In this document: positions 44,475-53,524 of the stretch, piece by piece | Numbering within the stretch: the first letter of the stretch is position 1 | Layout of the letters: each line of letters begins with the position of its first letter | IMG/VR virus record: IMGVR_UViG_3300035698_010479 | Span: 62,001 to 126,000 of that record | Direction: 5' to 3' (one strand) | Length of the DNA stretch: 64,000 bases | The notes under the pieces: model-generated | The model's input: the letters and a program-made list of their open reading frames with translations, nothing else | Databases searched by the model: none | Told to the model about the DNA's origin: nothing | Program-made: the position numbers and the translations under genes

Positions 44475-44496
44475 TTTAATACCCCCTAAGTAAATC

Positions 44497-45246
44497 TTAT
44501 TTTAATATGTACCGCTTACTCTGCTCAATATCAAAGTAGTATCTATTACTGCCTTCTAAAAATTTATAAAAATTAAATATGCCTGAGTTACGGTCATAAA
44601 CCATTAGCCAAGCATAAACTGGCTTATCACCTCTAACAACCTCAGTTATCATTTTTTTAGCGTAAAGTAATTGACGAATAGTTGCATCTTTCTCATCTGA
44701 ACTTTTTGCTTCAACAACATGAATACCTCGTGCACCTTCGTAGCAACCATCTACCTCTATTTGAACTTTATCTACATCAAAGTCAGTTCTGCCTAATTTA
44801 AATTTAAAGGAGGCTCTTCTCTTATTACGTAACGTCAAAGATACCTTTTCACCAAAACAGTCATCTAATATGCTATTATAATGTGCTAAGTCCAAGGCCA
44901 TTGACTCAGTCTTAGATCCTTTAGAAAATCTATCTAATGTAAGTAAGCCCTCCATCTTTTTAATTGGGTACACCCGCATATCTGAAATATCTGGGATGGT
45001 TACAAACGGATTTTCCTTTGTAAATCTATATTTACCATTTTTAATTGCTAATAAAGATATATTACTTTCTCTCATAATTGGAGGTTGTTTTTTTCTGTTG
45101 TCCATTTTAGCAAGTAAACGTGACTCTTCTCCAGTTATAGCTTTTAGTGTATCGGCTGTTACATCCAAATAACCGAAATTATTAACATGATTAACAACAT
45201 CTAATTGTTCAAAAACACCATTCCATGCTTTTCTAAATTTGCTCAT
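44497..45246 (-). CDS. PD-(D/E)xK nuclease, type II restriction-enzyme-like
   Basis: QIEVDGCYEG...VVEAK...IRQLLY; probable start ATG 45246. Confidence 0.68.
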   Translation of the reverse strand: MSKFRKAWNGVFEQLDVVNHVNNFGYLDVTADTLKAITGEESRLLAKMDNRKKQPPIMRESNISLLAIKNGKYRFTKENPFVTIPDISDMRVYPIKKMEGLLTLDRFSKGSKTESMALDLAHYNSILDDCFGEKVSLTLRNKRRASFKFKLGRTDFDVDKVQIEVDGCYEGARGIHVVEAKSSDEKDATIRQLLYAKKMITEVVRGDKPVYAWLMVYDRNSGIFNFYKFLEGSNRYYFDIEQSKRYILK

Positions 45247-45260
45247 TTGTAATTCCCCTT

Positions 45261-46100
45261 TTATAAAAATAAACCTGCACAACTTCCGTAGTAGTTTCTT
45301 ATAAGAACCTCACCTTTATCTTTCCTAGACTTAGCAGATGCACCTACACTGTGATAAACAGATAAAGAATTAATTTCAAAGTCTTTAAATAAGTCTCTCG
45401 TCAATGGAGTGTCAGAATTTGATAATAAAAACTTGCCACCTTTAGCATCTACTAAATTACAGTAATCTACCAAGCGTTCCTGATCCTTCACATCGAAACC
45501 TTTGGATGAATAATTAGTGAAATTAGCTGTATCCGAATAAGGTATATATGGTGGATCTAGATAAACAAAAGTTCTATCGTTAACATAAGTTAAAGTATCG
45601 TAAAAATCATCATTTAATATAGTAATACGTCTTAAAATTTTAGATACATTAAGTAAATGTTCATGAGATGGCCACATAACCTTATCATATTTACCATAAG
45701 GTGTATTCATACTACCTTTAGAATTTACTCGCCAAATACCGTTAAAAGCTGTCTTGTTTAAGAATAAGAATCTAGATGCTCTCTCCAAGCAAGATCTATC
45801 ATCACGCCAGTCTATTTCTCTATCATCGCTTCGTATAAGGTAGTAAGATTCCTCAGTTAACTCTAGTTGACTAGTTAGCTGTAATAACTCTAAAGGATTA
45901 TCCCTCACTTGTTTATAAAAATTAATCAGTTCCCTGTTTGCATCATTTATTATACCGTTTGGCGGGTTTAAATAAAATAACAAAGCCCCGCCACCAATAA
46001 ACGGCTCTATGTATTGCTTGTAGTCTGTTGGGACATATAAAGATAAATTCTTTAATACTTTATGTTTACCTCCAATCCATTTTAACAAAGGCTTTGGCAT
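45261..46100 (-). CDS. dam: Dam-family (D12) DNA adenine methyltransferase
   Basis: LKWIGGK, EPFIGGG, FLNKTAFNG, DPPY, LSNS. Confidence 0.93.
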   Translation of the reverse strand: MPKPLLKWIGGKHKVLKNLSLYVPTDYKQYIEPFIGGGALLFYLNPPNGIINDANRELINFYKQVRDNPLELLQLTSQLELTEESYYLIRSDDREIDWRDDRSCLERASRFLFLNKTAFNGIWRVNSKGSMNTPYGKYDKVMWPSHEHLLNVSKILRRITILNDDFYDTLTYVNDRTFVYLDPPYIPYSDTANFTNYSSKGFDVKDQERLVDYCNLVDAKGGKFLLSNSDTPLTRDLFKDFEINSLSVYHSVGASAKSRKDKGEVLIRNYYGSCAGLFL

Positions 46101-46126
46101 TATAACTCCTAATTATACTAAAGTAG

Positions 46127-46157
46127 CTACCAGTACAGTTTATAGCTGTACTGGTAG
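46127..46157. terminator. terminator hairpin
   Basis: 12-bp inverted repeat CTACCAGTACAG / CTGTACTGGTAG. Confidence 0.7.
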
Positions 46158-46172
46158 TAGTTAATCAAATAA

Positions 46173-46352
46173 TTATTCTTTTACAGAAAGCTTTCTAAAT
46201 TCTTTTCCTAGTCTTTCAAGTGCTAATGTAGACTTCCTAAGTCGGGCAGCTGCGGAACTGTTACCCTTTTCAACCCACTTAATACTGTCATCAGTCATAG
46301 TGTCAATGATTTCTTGCATTTCAGATAATACTGTAATAGATGTTCTTTCCAT
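46173..46352 (-). CDS. histone H1-like Hc1 family protein (59 aa, not in ORF track)
   Basis: EKGNSSAAARLRKSTLALERLGKEFRKLSV; SD GAGG. Confidence 0.72.
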   Translation of the reverse strand: MERTSITVLSEMQEIIDTMTDDSIKWVEKGNSSAAARLRKSTLALERLGKEFRKLSVKE

Positions 46353-46420
46353 TTTTTTACCTCTTAATTTATTGTTTTATTTTTAAAGATTTATAAACTC
46401 TGTCTACTATAAAAAATGCT

Positions 46421-48148
46421 TTAACTACATCTCGAATAGCCACAGCCCTCGTTAACACACTTAATGCACCCCTCGGCATTTACCAGAGAAGGTTCTCCAC
46501 AAGTTGGGCACTTGTTATCATCCCCAACTAAAGCAAAAGCATCTACGTATTTACTTAAAACTCTAGAAATAGCTGTACTAAAATCAGAAATACTGCCATT
46601 TGTTTTTTTAAGTTGCTCTACTATATACTTTGGTAAAGCCCCATGTCTTAAAGCCAAGCTAAGTAATCTAGTCATACCCTTCTGCCCATCAGTCATTAAA
46701 ATAGCAGCAAGGTCTTTGTAAATAACTGGAGACCTTCGTATAACTACATCTAATTCGTATTTACCTTTACCTTGTTTTCTTATTATACCACTATTACAAG
46801 TTTTAGGCAAGTACAAATCTTCAGATGTGCCACAAAAAACCTCATAAGCTTTACCATCAAGTAGCCCAACAAGAACCGTCCACATTTCACCTTTTATAGA
46901 TGTATAAAAAATATCACAAGGTAACTCTTTAGGTCGCTTTGGTGCACAATTTGGAACTATACAAAAAGGTCTTGCCTCATCCTTACAGCCTGTTGCTGAC
47001 TTCTTCTCAAAGTTAGCCTCACTTGTTTTAGGATCTTCGAAAAGTAAAATACCCTCACGCGAACCATCGACATATACAGACACTGCTCTAACCCCGTGAT
47101 TATAAGCCTCCATATAGATAGTTTCTACATCCTTAACCGTAGCTGTAGCAGGCAAATTGTATGTACAACTAATAGCTGCATCTACCCACTTGTATACATT
47201 TCCCATTAATTTAATTTTCTGTAACGGGTCAATGTGATGAGCGGGTTTAAAAAAACCTTTTGGCAAATTTTTATTTATAATAGCTACCAAACCCAAACCT
47301 ATAGTTCCATCCTCATCCAAAACAGACCCAGGAAAAGCATCCAAGATCATATAATCACTACTACTTGGGTCGAGTTTACCAAGAACATATTGTTTTATTT
47401 TATCTGGTATAATAAAATAATGAGTATATTTTCCTTTGTCTATTGCTCTTGTCCTTCTCCAATAATACGGGCCTGGAAAAGGTTCTACACCAGATGAAAA
47501 ACAAGGTGTAGGAAAAGTACTAGACAATGACCCAGTAGGTGCTATAGACATATGGGCCATATTACGCATATGAGTTACTTTAGTATAGTCACCGCCGAAT
47601 AGCTCATCCACCACGTTCTTAAAATACGAAGAACTCATAAGCGCTTTAGGGCTACTTATCATCTCAAATGCTGGTGCATTACCTTTCTCTTTACCTAACT
47701 CTATTGACGCCTTAAATACCTCACATGAGTACCGCTTAAAAAATTCTCCTACATTCTTAATAGCATCATCAGAGTCATAGGGTAGGTCTTGCTTAAGTAA
47801 CCAACCATGTATGTTAGTAATACCAAGCCCCAGTTCTCTGGTCTGTTCCAAGATCCACGCTTGTTCTTTTAAGGGTGATAATTTATGGTATGCTTCATAA
47901 CTAACAACATTGTCCGATAGTCTTACAATATACGGAACAAGGAACGCTAGCTCCTGCGTATACTCTTCTATATCAATTGAAAACATTGCTTGGTTCGGTG
48001 AAAGTAAATTACATACACCATACGGTGGTAAACTTTTTTCCGAATTTTTTACTAACACACCTTCTACATAATAATTATGGTTATCTTGTACCTCAATATT
48101 ATATGTAGGCTTCTTTTCACTATTGTTTACTATACTAATTATTTTCAT
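46421..48148 (-). CDS. nrdJ: class II ribonucleotide reductase, C-terminal half, with N-terminal split-intein IntC
   Basis: IntC ...YNIEVQDNHNYYVEGVLVKN then SEKSLPPYGVCNL, LGITN, SIAPTGSLS, TSCPD-like region and terminal Zn ribbon (CPTCG...GCIKC). Confidence 0.9.
   Translation of the reverse strand: MKIISIVNNSEKKPTYNIEVQDNHNYYVEGVLVKNSEKSLPPYGVCNLLSPNQAMFSIDIEEYTQELAFLVPYIVRLSDNVVSYEAYHKLSPLKEQAWILEQTRELGLGITNIHGWLLKQDLPYDSDDAIKNVGEFFKRYSCEVFKASIELGKEKGNAPAFEMISSPKALMSSSYFKNVVDELFGGDYTKVTHMRNMAHMSIAPTGSLSSTFPTPCFSSGVEPFPGPYYWRRTRAIDKGKYTHYFIIPDKIKQYVLGKLDPSSSDYMILDAFPGSVLDEDGTIGLGLVAIINKNLPKGFFKPAHHIDPLQKIKLMGNVYKWVDAAISCTYNLPATATVKDVETIYMEAYNHGVRAVSVYVDGSREGILLFEDPKTSEANFEKKSATGCKDEARPFCIVPNCAPKRPKELPCDIFYTSIKGEMWTVLVGLLDGKAYEVFCGTSEDLYLPKTCNSGIIRKQGKGKYELDVVIRRSPVIYKDLAAILMTDGQKGMTRLLSLALRHGALPKYIVEQLKKTNGSISDFSTAISRVLSKYVDAFALVGDDNKCPTCGEPSLVNAEGCIKCVNEGCGYSRCS
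48044..48148 (-). mobile_element. split intein C-terminal fragment (35 aa)
   Basis: Intein block F/G ending in Asn, followed by Ser+1. Confidence 0.85.
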
Positions 48149-49163
48149 TATATAATCCTTCTATTTTTTGTATATACAACTCTATACTACCATAATATTT
48201 AATAATTGATTTATAACTAAATCTAGAATTAGGTCTACAATGCATTTCTTTATATAAAATTATAGTAGTCTCATCAAGTTTACCATATAATGCGTAAAGC
48301 TTTAAACCGTGTTTAATAAGTAAACTATACATTATTTTTTTCTTATCTTCTTCAGTATGCAGATGTCCGCTAGTACCATTTAATTTAGCTTTATAGTTAC
48401 ACCACGAACCCTTACAACTTGCTTTTTTGCAGTATTGCTTGTCTAATAAATCATATGTGTCTACAACATCTCCACAAAATATACATATATTTTGTTTCTT
48501 AACACCATATTTTTGTACACGTAAAATTTCCTGGTGTTTAATCTGTGCAGTACTTATACTAATTCTAAGTTCTGGCCTAGTTTTATGTGTAATTTGCATA
48601 GCAATACTACGCTTTTTACGAACCTCTGGTCTGCTTTGACACTCTAACATAAGCTTGGTGTGTGCTTCTAAACGCTCCTCGGAAAATTTAATACCGTATG
48701 ATGGGTTATTACTTCCAGACATATCATATGAATCAGACCGATCTATATACTCCAGCAAACAGCTTTTAAAGTCTTTGTGCTGTTTATAATAAGCTCTATT
48801 GTACGTTAAAGCGTTGTAGTTAATACCTAATTCCAAAAAATATTTTTTATACAGCGATAAATACGTAGTACATTCTTTAATAGAGTCTTTTATTTCAATA
48901 ATACTATTTAATATTGTATAAGTATTATCAATATAAATGAAAAAATCAGGTTTATAGGTACGATTATCAATAACATATACATGTTGTTCCATCAAGTAAT
49001 AAACATGTTGCTTATCTAAAAGTAAGCACTGTATTTTTTCTAACATTGACCTACAAAAAACACGTTTATTATCCCATGTGGTATGGTAACCGCAATAACC
49101 TCTTCCATTTTTAAAAGAACTTTTTTTTTGACTTCCTCCAACCGACATATTTACATCCTCCAT
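48135..49163 (-). CDS. free-standing homing-endonuclease-like protein (PD-(D/E)xK/TnsA-like domain plus NUMOD3-like motif)
   Basis: RSMLEK...YKPDF...IEIK; GSNNPSYGIKFSEE; located between the two nrdJ halves. Confidence 0.7.
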   Translation of the reverse strand: MEDVNMSVGGSQKKSSFKNGRGYCGYHTTWDNKRVFCRSMLEKIQCLLLDKQHVYYLMEQHVYVIDNRTYKPDFFIYIDNTYTILNSIIEIKDSIKECTTYLSLYKKYFLELGINYNALTYNRAYYKQHKDFKSCLLEYIDRSDSYDMSGSNNPSYGIKFSEERLEAHTKLMLECQSRPEVRKKRSIAMQITHKTRPELRISISTAQIKHQEILRVQKYGVKKQNICIFCGDVVDTYDLLDKQYCKKASCKGSWCNYKAKLNGTSGHLHTEEDKKKIMYSLLIKHGLKLYALYGKLDETTIILYKEMHCRPNSRFSYKSIIKYYGSIELYIQKIEGLYNENN

Positions 49164-49225
49164 AATTAATAAGTGTTATAGCATAGTAGAGTTAGTTAAA
49201 TATAGGGATGTAATTAATAGTATTA

Positions 49226-49534
49226 TTAAAGTTCCATCAAGTCATCTTCAAGAGTTAAATCTTTAGCCTGTACAATTCCTCTATTAGATGTGTAAAACTT
49301 ATGATCTGGTGTACATTCTATAGAGAGCCCACTACCTAGGTTTAAGGTTAGTGTTTTTACAGGTATACCCGCTTCACGAGCAAACACATCCACTATTGGC
49401 TTTAATTCATCAAGATTAGTACTTGTATTTCTGGATAAAGCCATGAAATCTTCCCCATCTAAAATGCGCTTTATAATATCCTTAATCAGTATATTGCCTT
49501 TATCTGTAAGTATATGATTTTCATCAGTAAAACA
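49226..49534 (-). mobile_element. split intein N-terminal fragment (102 aa)
   Basis: Block A CFTDENHILT, block B IECTPDHKFYT, ending AKDLTLEDDLMEL-stop. Confidence 0.88.
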
Positions 49535-50482
49535 GCAGGCGTTTGTAGAAATTATTTTAAATCTTGCATCACCAGTATCCAAATATATCTGATGAACCAT
49601 GGAACCTTCCCTTAGAAGGTCTATATATTGTACACCAGGTTCTGCGTGTTTAAACGCTTGTTCCGCTATTAAGTCGAATAACTCCGTAGCTTTTATTGTT
49701 TTAGATATACGCTTATATTTACTTCCTTCCTCAAACTCAAAAAATAATTCCCAACTAGCATCGGCCTTCACAGCTTCGATAAATTTATTAGAAACCTGCA
49801 CAGAAATATTGGCATTTTCCAAAACACCTTTTTCTGCTTTTGCTCGTACAAACTCATATATATCTGGGTGATGATCTTTTAAACTAACCAATATAGCAGG
49901 CTTTCTACCTTTCTGCCCCACCCATTCACCATTATCTACAAGTTTACATATCCATGGTACAGCACCTGTGGATTCTTCTGCAGCATTATTTACTGGAGCA
50001 CCTCTAGGGCGGAGTACTGAAGCATCAAAACCTAAACCCTGTCTAAAAGCTGCACACTTCATTATATCATAGTCACATTTAGAAATACTTTCCAAGCTAT
50101 CACCAGATAGAGGTAATGTGGTACAATTTAATAAGGATTTCAAGCTTGTAGCACCTACACCAGCAAGAACGCTTCCCCCTGGTCTAAACCAACCAAGCCA
50201 CATGAGTGCAAACCACCTATTACTGTATAGATCTTGCAGTTCTTTGGTTTTCTCCATAGTGGCTAACCCTGAAGATACACGCCAAAACACATCAGCAGGA
50301 GTTTCTATTTTGATATAAGGAGTGTCGGTGTCTGTTATTACTTTACCGTATTCATCCCATTTTGTACAATATTTAGTATCAAACATTTTATGAGCGTACT
50401 CATCTTCTGTAAAGTACTCTCTGCTGGAAATGTTCTTTACATTTTCGTACTTAATTAAATCTAACATCTCAATTGATAACAT
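49226..50482 (-). CDS. nrdJ: class II ribonucleotide reductase, N-terminal half, with C-terminal split-intein IntN
   Basis: FRPGGSVL, LLNC, RQGLGFDASVLRP, NANISV, AEPG, TNAC then intein CFT... Confidence 0.9.
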   Translation of the reverse strand: MLSIEMLDLIKYENVKNISSREYFTEDEYAHKMFDTKYCTKWDEYGKVITDTDTPYIKIETPADVFWRVSSGLATMEKTKELQDLYSNRWFALMWLGWFRPGGSVLAGVGATSLKSLLNCTTLPLSGDSLESISKCDYDIMKCAAFRQGLGFDASVLRPRGAPVNNAAEESTGAVPWICKLVDNGEWVGQKGRKPAILVSLKDHHPDIYEFVRAKAEKGVLENANISVQVSNKFIEAVKADASWELFFEFEEGSKYKRISKTIKATELFDLIAEQAFKHAEPGVQYIDLLREGSMVHQIYLDTGDARFKIISTNACCFTDENHILTDKGNILIKDIIKRILDGEDFMALSRNTSTNLDELKPIVDVFAREAGIPVKTLTLNLGSGLSIECTPDHKFYTSNRGIVQAKDLTLEDDLMEL

Positions 50483-50493
50483 AAGCTCCCCTA

Positions 50494-50958
50494 TTAATTT
50501 TTACCAGTAGAGCCAAATCCGCCCCTATTTTGATCACCTAAAGTCTCAACTATATTAAAACGCAGTTCTTTTTGATTAGCTATCAAACGGAATTGACAAA
50601 TTCTATCGTTAATCTCAATGACGGTGTCTCTCAAAGCTAACGCAGGTAGTTTGTAAATATCATCATCACCGCAGTAAGAATTATCTACAACTCCAGGACT
50701 ATTTGTTTGAATAATACCAAACTGTTTAAATGTGCTACCTCTTGGAGCAATTAAGACCTCATATCCTTCTGGTAAACGCATTGAAATACCTAAAGATATA
50801 AATTTAAAATCAAACATCTTCATCTCAACACGCTCGGCTGCTCTAAGGTCTATCCAATCTCCTATAGCAATTTTACCAATTTTATCAATTGACTCACTAT
50901 GGTATTTAATAGCAATGTCCAAACATTCATTACCAACACACCCACATAATTTACTCAT
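50494..50958 (-). CDS. dut: trimeric dUTPase
   Basis: IDLRAA, PRGST, GVVDNSYCG, RICQF, RGGFGSTG. Confidence 0.93.
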   Translation of the reverse strand: MSKLCGCVGNECLDIAIKYHSESIDKIGKIAIGDWIDLRAAERVEMKMFDFKFISLGISMRLPEGYEVLIAPRGSTFKQFGIIQTNSPGVVDNSYCGDDDIYKLPALALRDTVIEINDRICQFRLIANQKELRFNIVETLGDQNRGGFGSTGKN

Positions 50959-51199
50959 TATAATCTCCTTCTATACTTTCCACAAATAAAAGTTTCTCTC
51001 CAGCCTTACAACCAAGAATAACGCAAGCAGATTGATTTTCACTGCCTCTATCAAGATAAAATAAAGCGCACCAATTACCACATAATAAATTTTCGTTATT
51101 ATACGGGCATTTACTATTAAGAAAATAAGTAGCTTTTTTCTCCATAGATGTTAAAGCAGCAAGCTCCGTAGTAAATACTTTCATAAATACCTCCAACAT
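50951..51199 (-). CDS. hypothetical protein
   Basis: CPY...CGNWCALF...C pattern. Confidence 0.65.
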   Translation of the reverse strand: MLEVFMKVFTTELAALTSMEKKATYFLNSKCPYNNENLLCGNWCALFYLDRGSENQSACVILGCKAGEKLLFVESIEGDYNE

Positions 51200-51579
51200 T
51201 AAATTATTTTCTCTATAAAATTAGCATAAAATTGGCCACTTACCAGTTTTGAATTCTTAGGTACAAAACTAATAACACATAAAGGGTCATCTAGGTCTGT
51301 TGTTACAGATCTCTCAACAAATATAAAGCCTAAATGGATAACGAATTCTAAAGGTTCATCATAAAAATTTTTAATACTAATGTCAATGATTCTATCAAGA
51401 TATTCTAAGTGTACCCCGGTAAAAGCATAACCCTTTAATAAATTGATAGTCGTGATATCAGTAAAACCACATAGATGTGATTGATTATATAGTATTAACT
51501 CACCACCAATGTCGTCTATTATAACATCCTCATGATATTTAGTCAACATAATTTTTATATTATTTCCTACAGTAACCAT
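51199..51579 (-). CDS. hypothetical protein
   Basis: 126-aa ORF with SD AGGAG. Confidence 0.65.
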   Translation of the reverse strand: MVTVGNNIKIMLTKYHEDVIIDDIGGELILYNQSHLCGFTDITTINLLKGYAFTGVHLEYLDRIIDISIKNFYDEPLEFVIHLGFIFVERSVTTDLDDPLCVISFVPKNSKLVSGQFYANFIEKII

Positions 51580-51588
51580 ATAAATCTC

Positions 51589-53523
51589 CTAATCTTGTTT
51601 AGCACCACATTTGGCACATACCAATTTAGTACCATAATGTTCATCATGTACAAATTCCATAATATTATGTCCACATTTTTTACCTTCTACCTCTTCATGT
51701 TCGCACTCATGCTTGATCCAACAAGGTCCAATAACTGGCGCTGTGTGCATAGGCATAACTGGAAAATAATGATTAAACGCGTCATCTACAGAGCTTACAA
51801 CAATTTTAGCTACCTCATCAGCGTACTTAATAGGGGCTTCAACTACAATTTCATCGTGTACAGATAGTAGTAATCTTGCACCAACATTAAGTTGCTCTAA
51901 CCTATCCACACATAAAATCATAGCTAATTTTATAGTGTCACTATCAGATCCCTGAATCTTATGATTCTTTGCAGCTCTTTCGACACCACCTACTATCTTC
52001 TTTCTAGCTGGGTCACTCATAGCTGGTATATTATAGAAACGATGCCTACCAGTTACTGTAGTACTACTATGATTACGCACAGCCTCTTTAGCGGCTTTAG
52101 TAAGCCATGTATTTAACACACTATTAATTCTAAAGTAGGCATCAATCAGTGCTTGAGCTTTTCCTTTTTCTATTTTTAACCTTTTACCTAAACCTACTGC
52201 TGATATACCGTAAGCTAATCCAAACGAAATTGCTTTTGATGCTTTTCTCTGGTCTGGTGTGACTTTATCATAAGGTACTTTAAATATACGTGCAGCATTT
52301 ACTGTATGTAGATCCAAACCTTTTTCATAGGTATCTAAGAAGTTAGGCTCCCCTGACATAGCACCCATAATAACTAATTCAGCAGAGTTCTGGTCAACGG
52401 TTATTAAACACATACCTGCGTCTGCTATAAAGCAAGACCTAAACTTCTGCTTACCTGGTATATTTTGTAAATTAGGGTTATTAGAGGATAGTCTACCTGT
52501 AGAAACCATTTGCTTAAATTGGGTATGTAATCTACCAGTTTTTGGATGAATACGGTCTATTAAAGCTTCACCGTAGGTATTTACAAGCTTAGCATTCTTC
52601 CTATAAGCTAACAAATCATCTATAATTGCATTTCCAGAATATCTTTTTAAAGCCTCACTTGCAGTGGACTCTACTTTAATGCCAAGTTTGTTAAGTGCTG
52701 ATTTAAGTTGAGCGGGGCTAGCAATATTGACAGTAGGCACATCAAATAAGGATAACTGGTCTTGTGTAACTTGAAGACTATCTTCAATATTTCGTTTGAA
52801 TCCAGCCAACTCTGTCGCGAATTCATCCATCATAGTACGCCATTTAGTTACATCTAATTTTACACCATTTAATTCCATTTCTACCAGAGGTTTTATAAAA
52901 GCCATCTCAAGCGACAATGCTTCCTGTAAATTATATTTAGTTATTCTAGGTAACTGCATACTTCTTATTATGTCTAAAATACAAACATCTATCGCAGCAT
53001 AGGCTATCTGTTTATCAGTATAATCCTGGTCGTATATTTCAAAAGTACCTCTAGGCTCTTTATTCATCAACATCCCAAGATACTTTTCAACTAATTTAGC
53101 TAAACTAAAACCAGATTCTTGTACACCTAGGTACATGAGGATCTCTGCCAACATGGTATCATACACATTTTCTATATAAAAACCATACTGTACTTTTAGC
53201 ACCTTCATGTCATAATTAGCATTTTGTAGTATCTTAAGATGTCGTTTACTTGTTAAAATATCTTTAAATAAGCTACCATGAATATCTATTCCTGGCAAAT
53301 CACTACGCACATCAAAGACGTATGCCATATTAGGAATACCAATTTGAATAAGTGTAGTTCTACATTTATACGGGTCTAAGCTAGTGCCTTCTGTATCTAC
53401 TTCTAAAACCGGTTGAGTATCTAAAAAAGCAAGTACTTCTTTAGCCCTATCAGCTCTTTTTATATATTCATAATTTGGAACAGGTAACTCAGGTAAGTCT
53501 ACAAATGCTGCTAAATTCGACAT
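51589..53523 (-). CDS. polA: family A DNA polymerase (3'-5' exonuclease plus polymerase; no 5'-3' exonuclease)
   Basis: VDTEG, NANYD, YAAID; TGRLSSNNPNLQNIP, motif A DQNSAEL, motif B RKASKAISFGLAYG, motif C VHDE. Confidence 0.95.
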   Translation of the reverse strand: MSNLAAFVDLPELPVPNYEYIKRADRAKEVLAFLDTQPVLEVDTEGTSLDPYKCRTTLIQIGIPNMAYVFDVRSDLPGIDIHGSLFKDILTSKRHLKILQNANYDMKVLKVQYGFYIENVYDTMLAEILMYLGVQESGFSLAKLVEKYLGMLMNKEPRGTFEIYDQDYTDKQIAYAAIDVCILDIIRSMQLPRITKYNLQEALSLEMAFIKPLVEMELNGVKLDVTKWRTMMDEFATELAGFKRNIEDSLQVTQDQLSLFDVPTVNIASPAQLKSALNKLGIKVESTASEALKRYSGNAIIDDLLAYRKNAKLVNTYGEALIDRIHPKTGRLHTQFKQMVSTGRLSSNNPNLQNIPGKQKFRSCFIADAGMCLITVDQNSAELVIMGAMSGEPNFLDTYEKGLDLHTVNAARIFKVPYDKVTPDQRKASKAISFGLAYGISAVGLGKRLKIEKGKAQALIDAYFRINSVLNTWLTKAAKEAVRNHSSTTVTGRHRFYNIPAMSDPARKKIVGGVERAAKNHKIQGSDSDTIKLAMILCVDRLEQLNVGARLLLSVHDEIVVEAPIKYADEVAKIVVSSVDDAFNHYFPVMPMHTAPVIGPCWIKHECEHEEVEGKKCGHNIMEFVHDEHYGTKLVCAKCGAKQD

Positions 53524-53524
53524 A

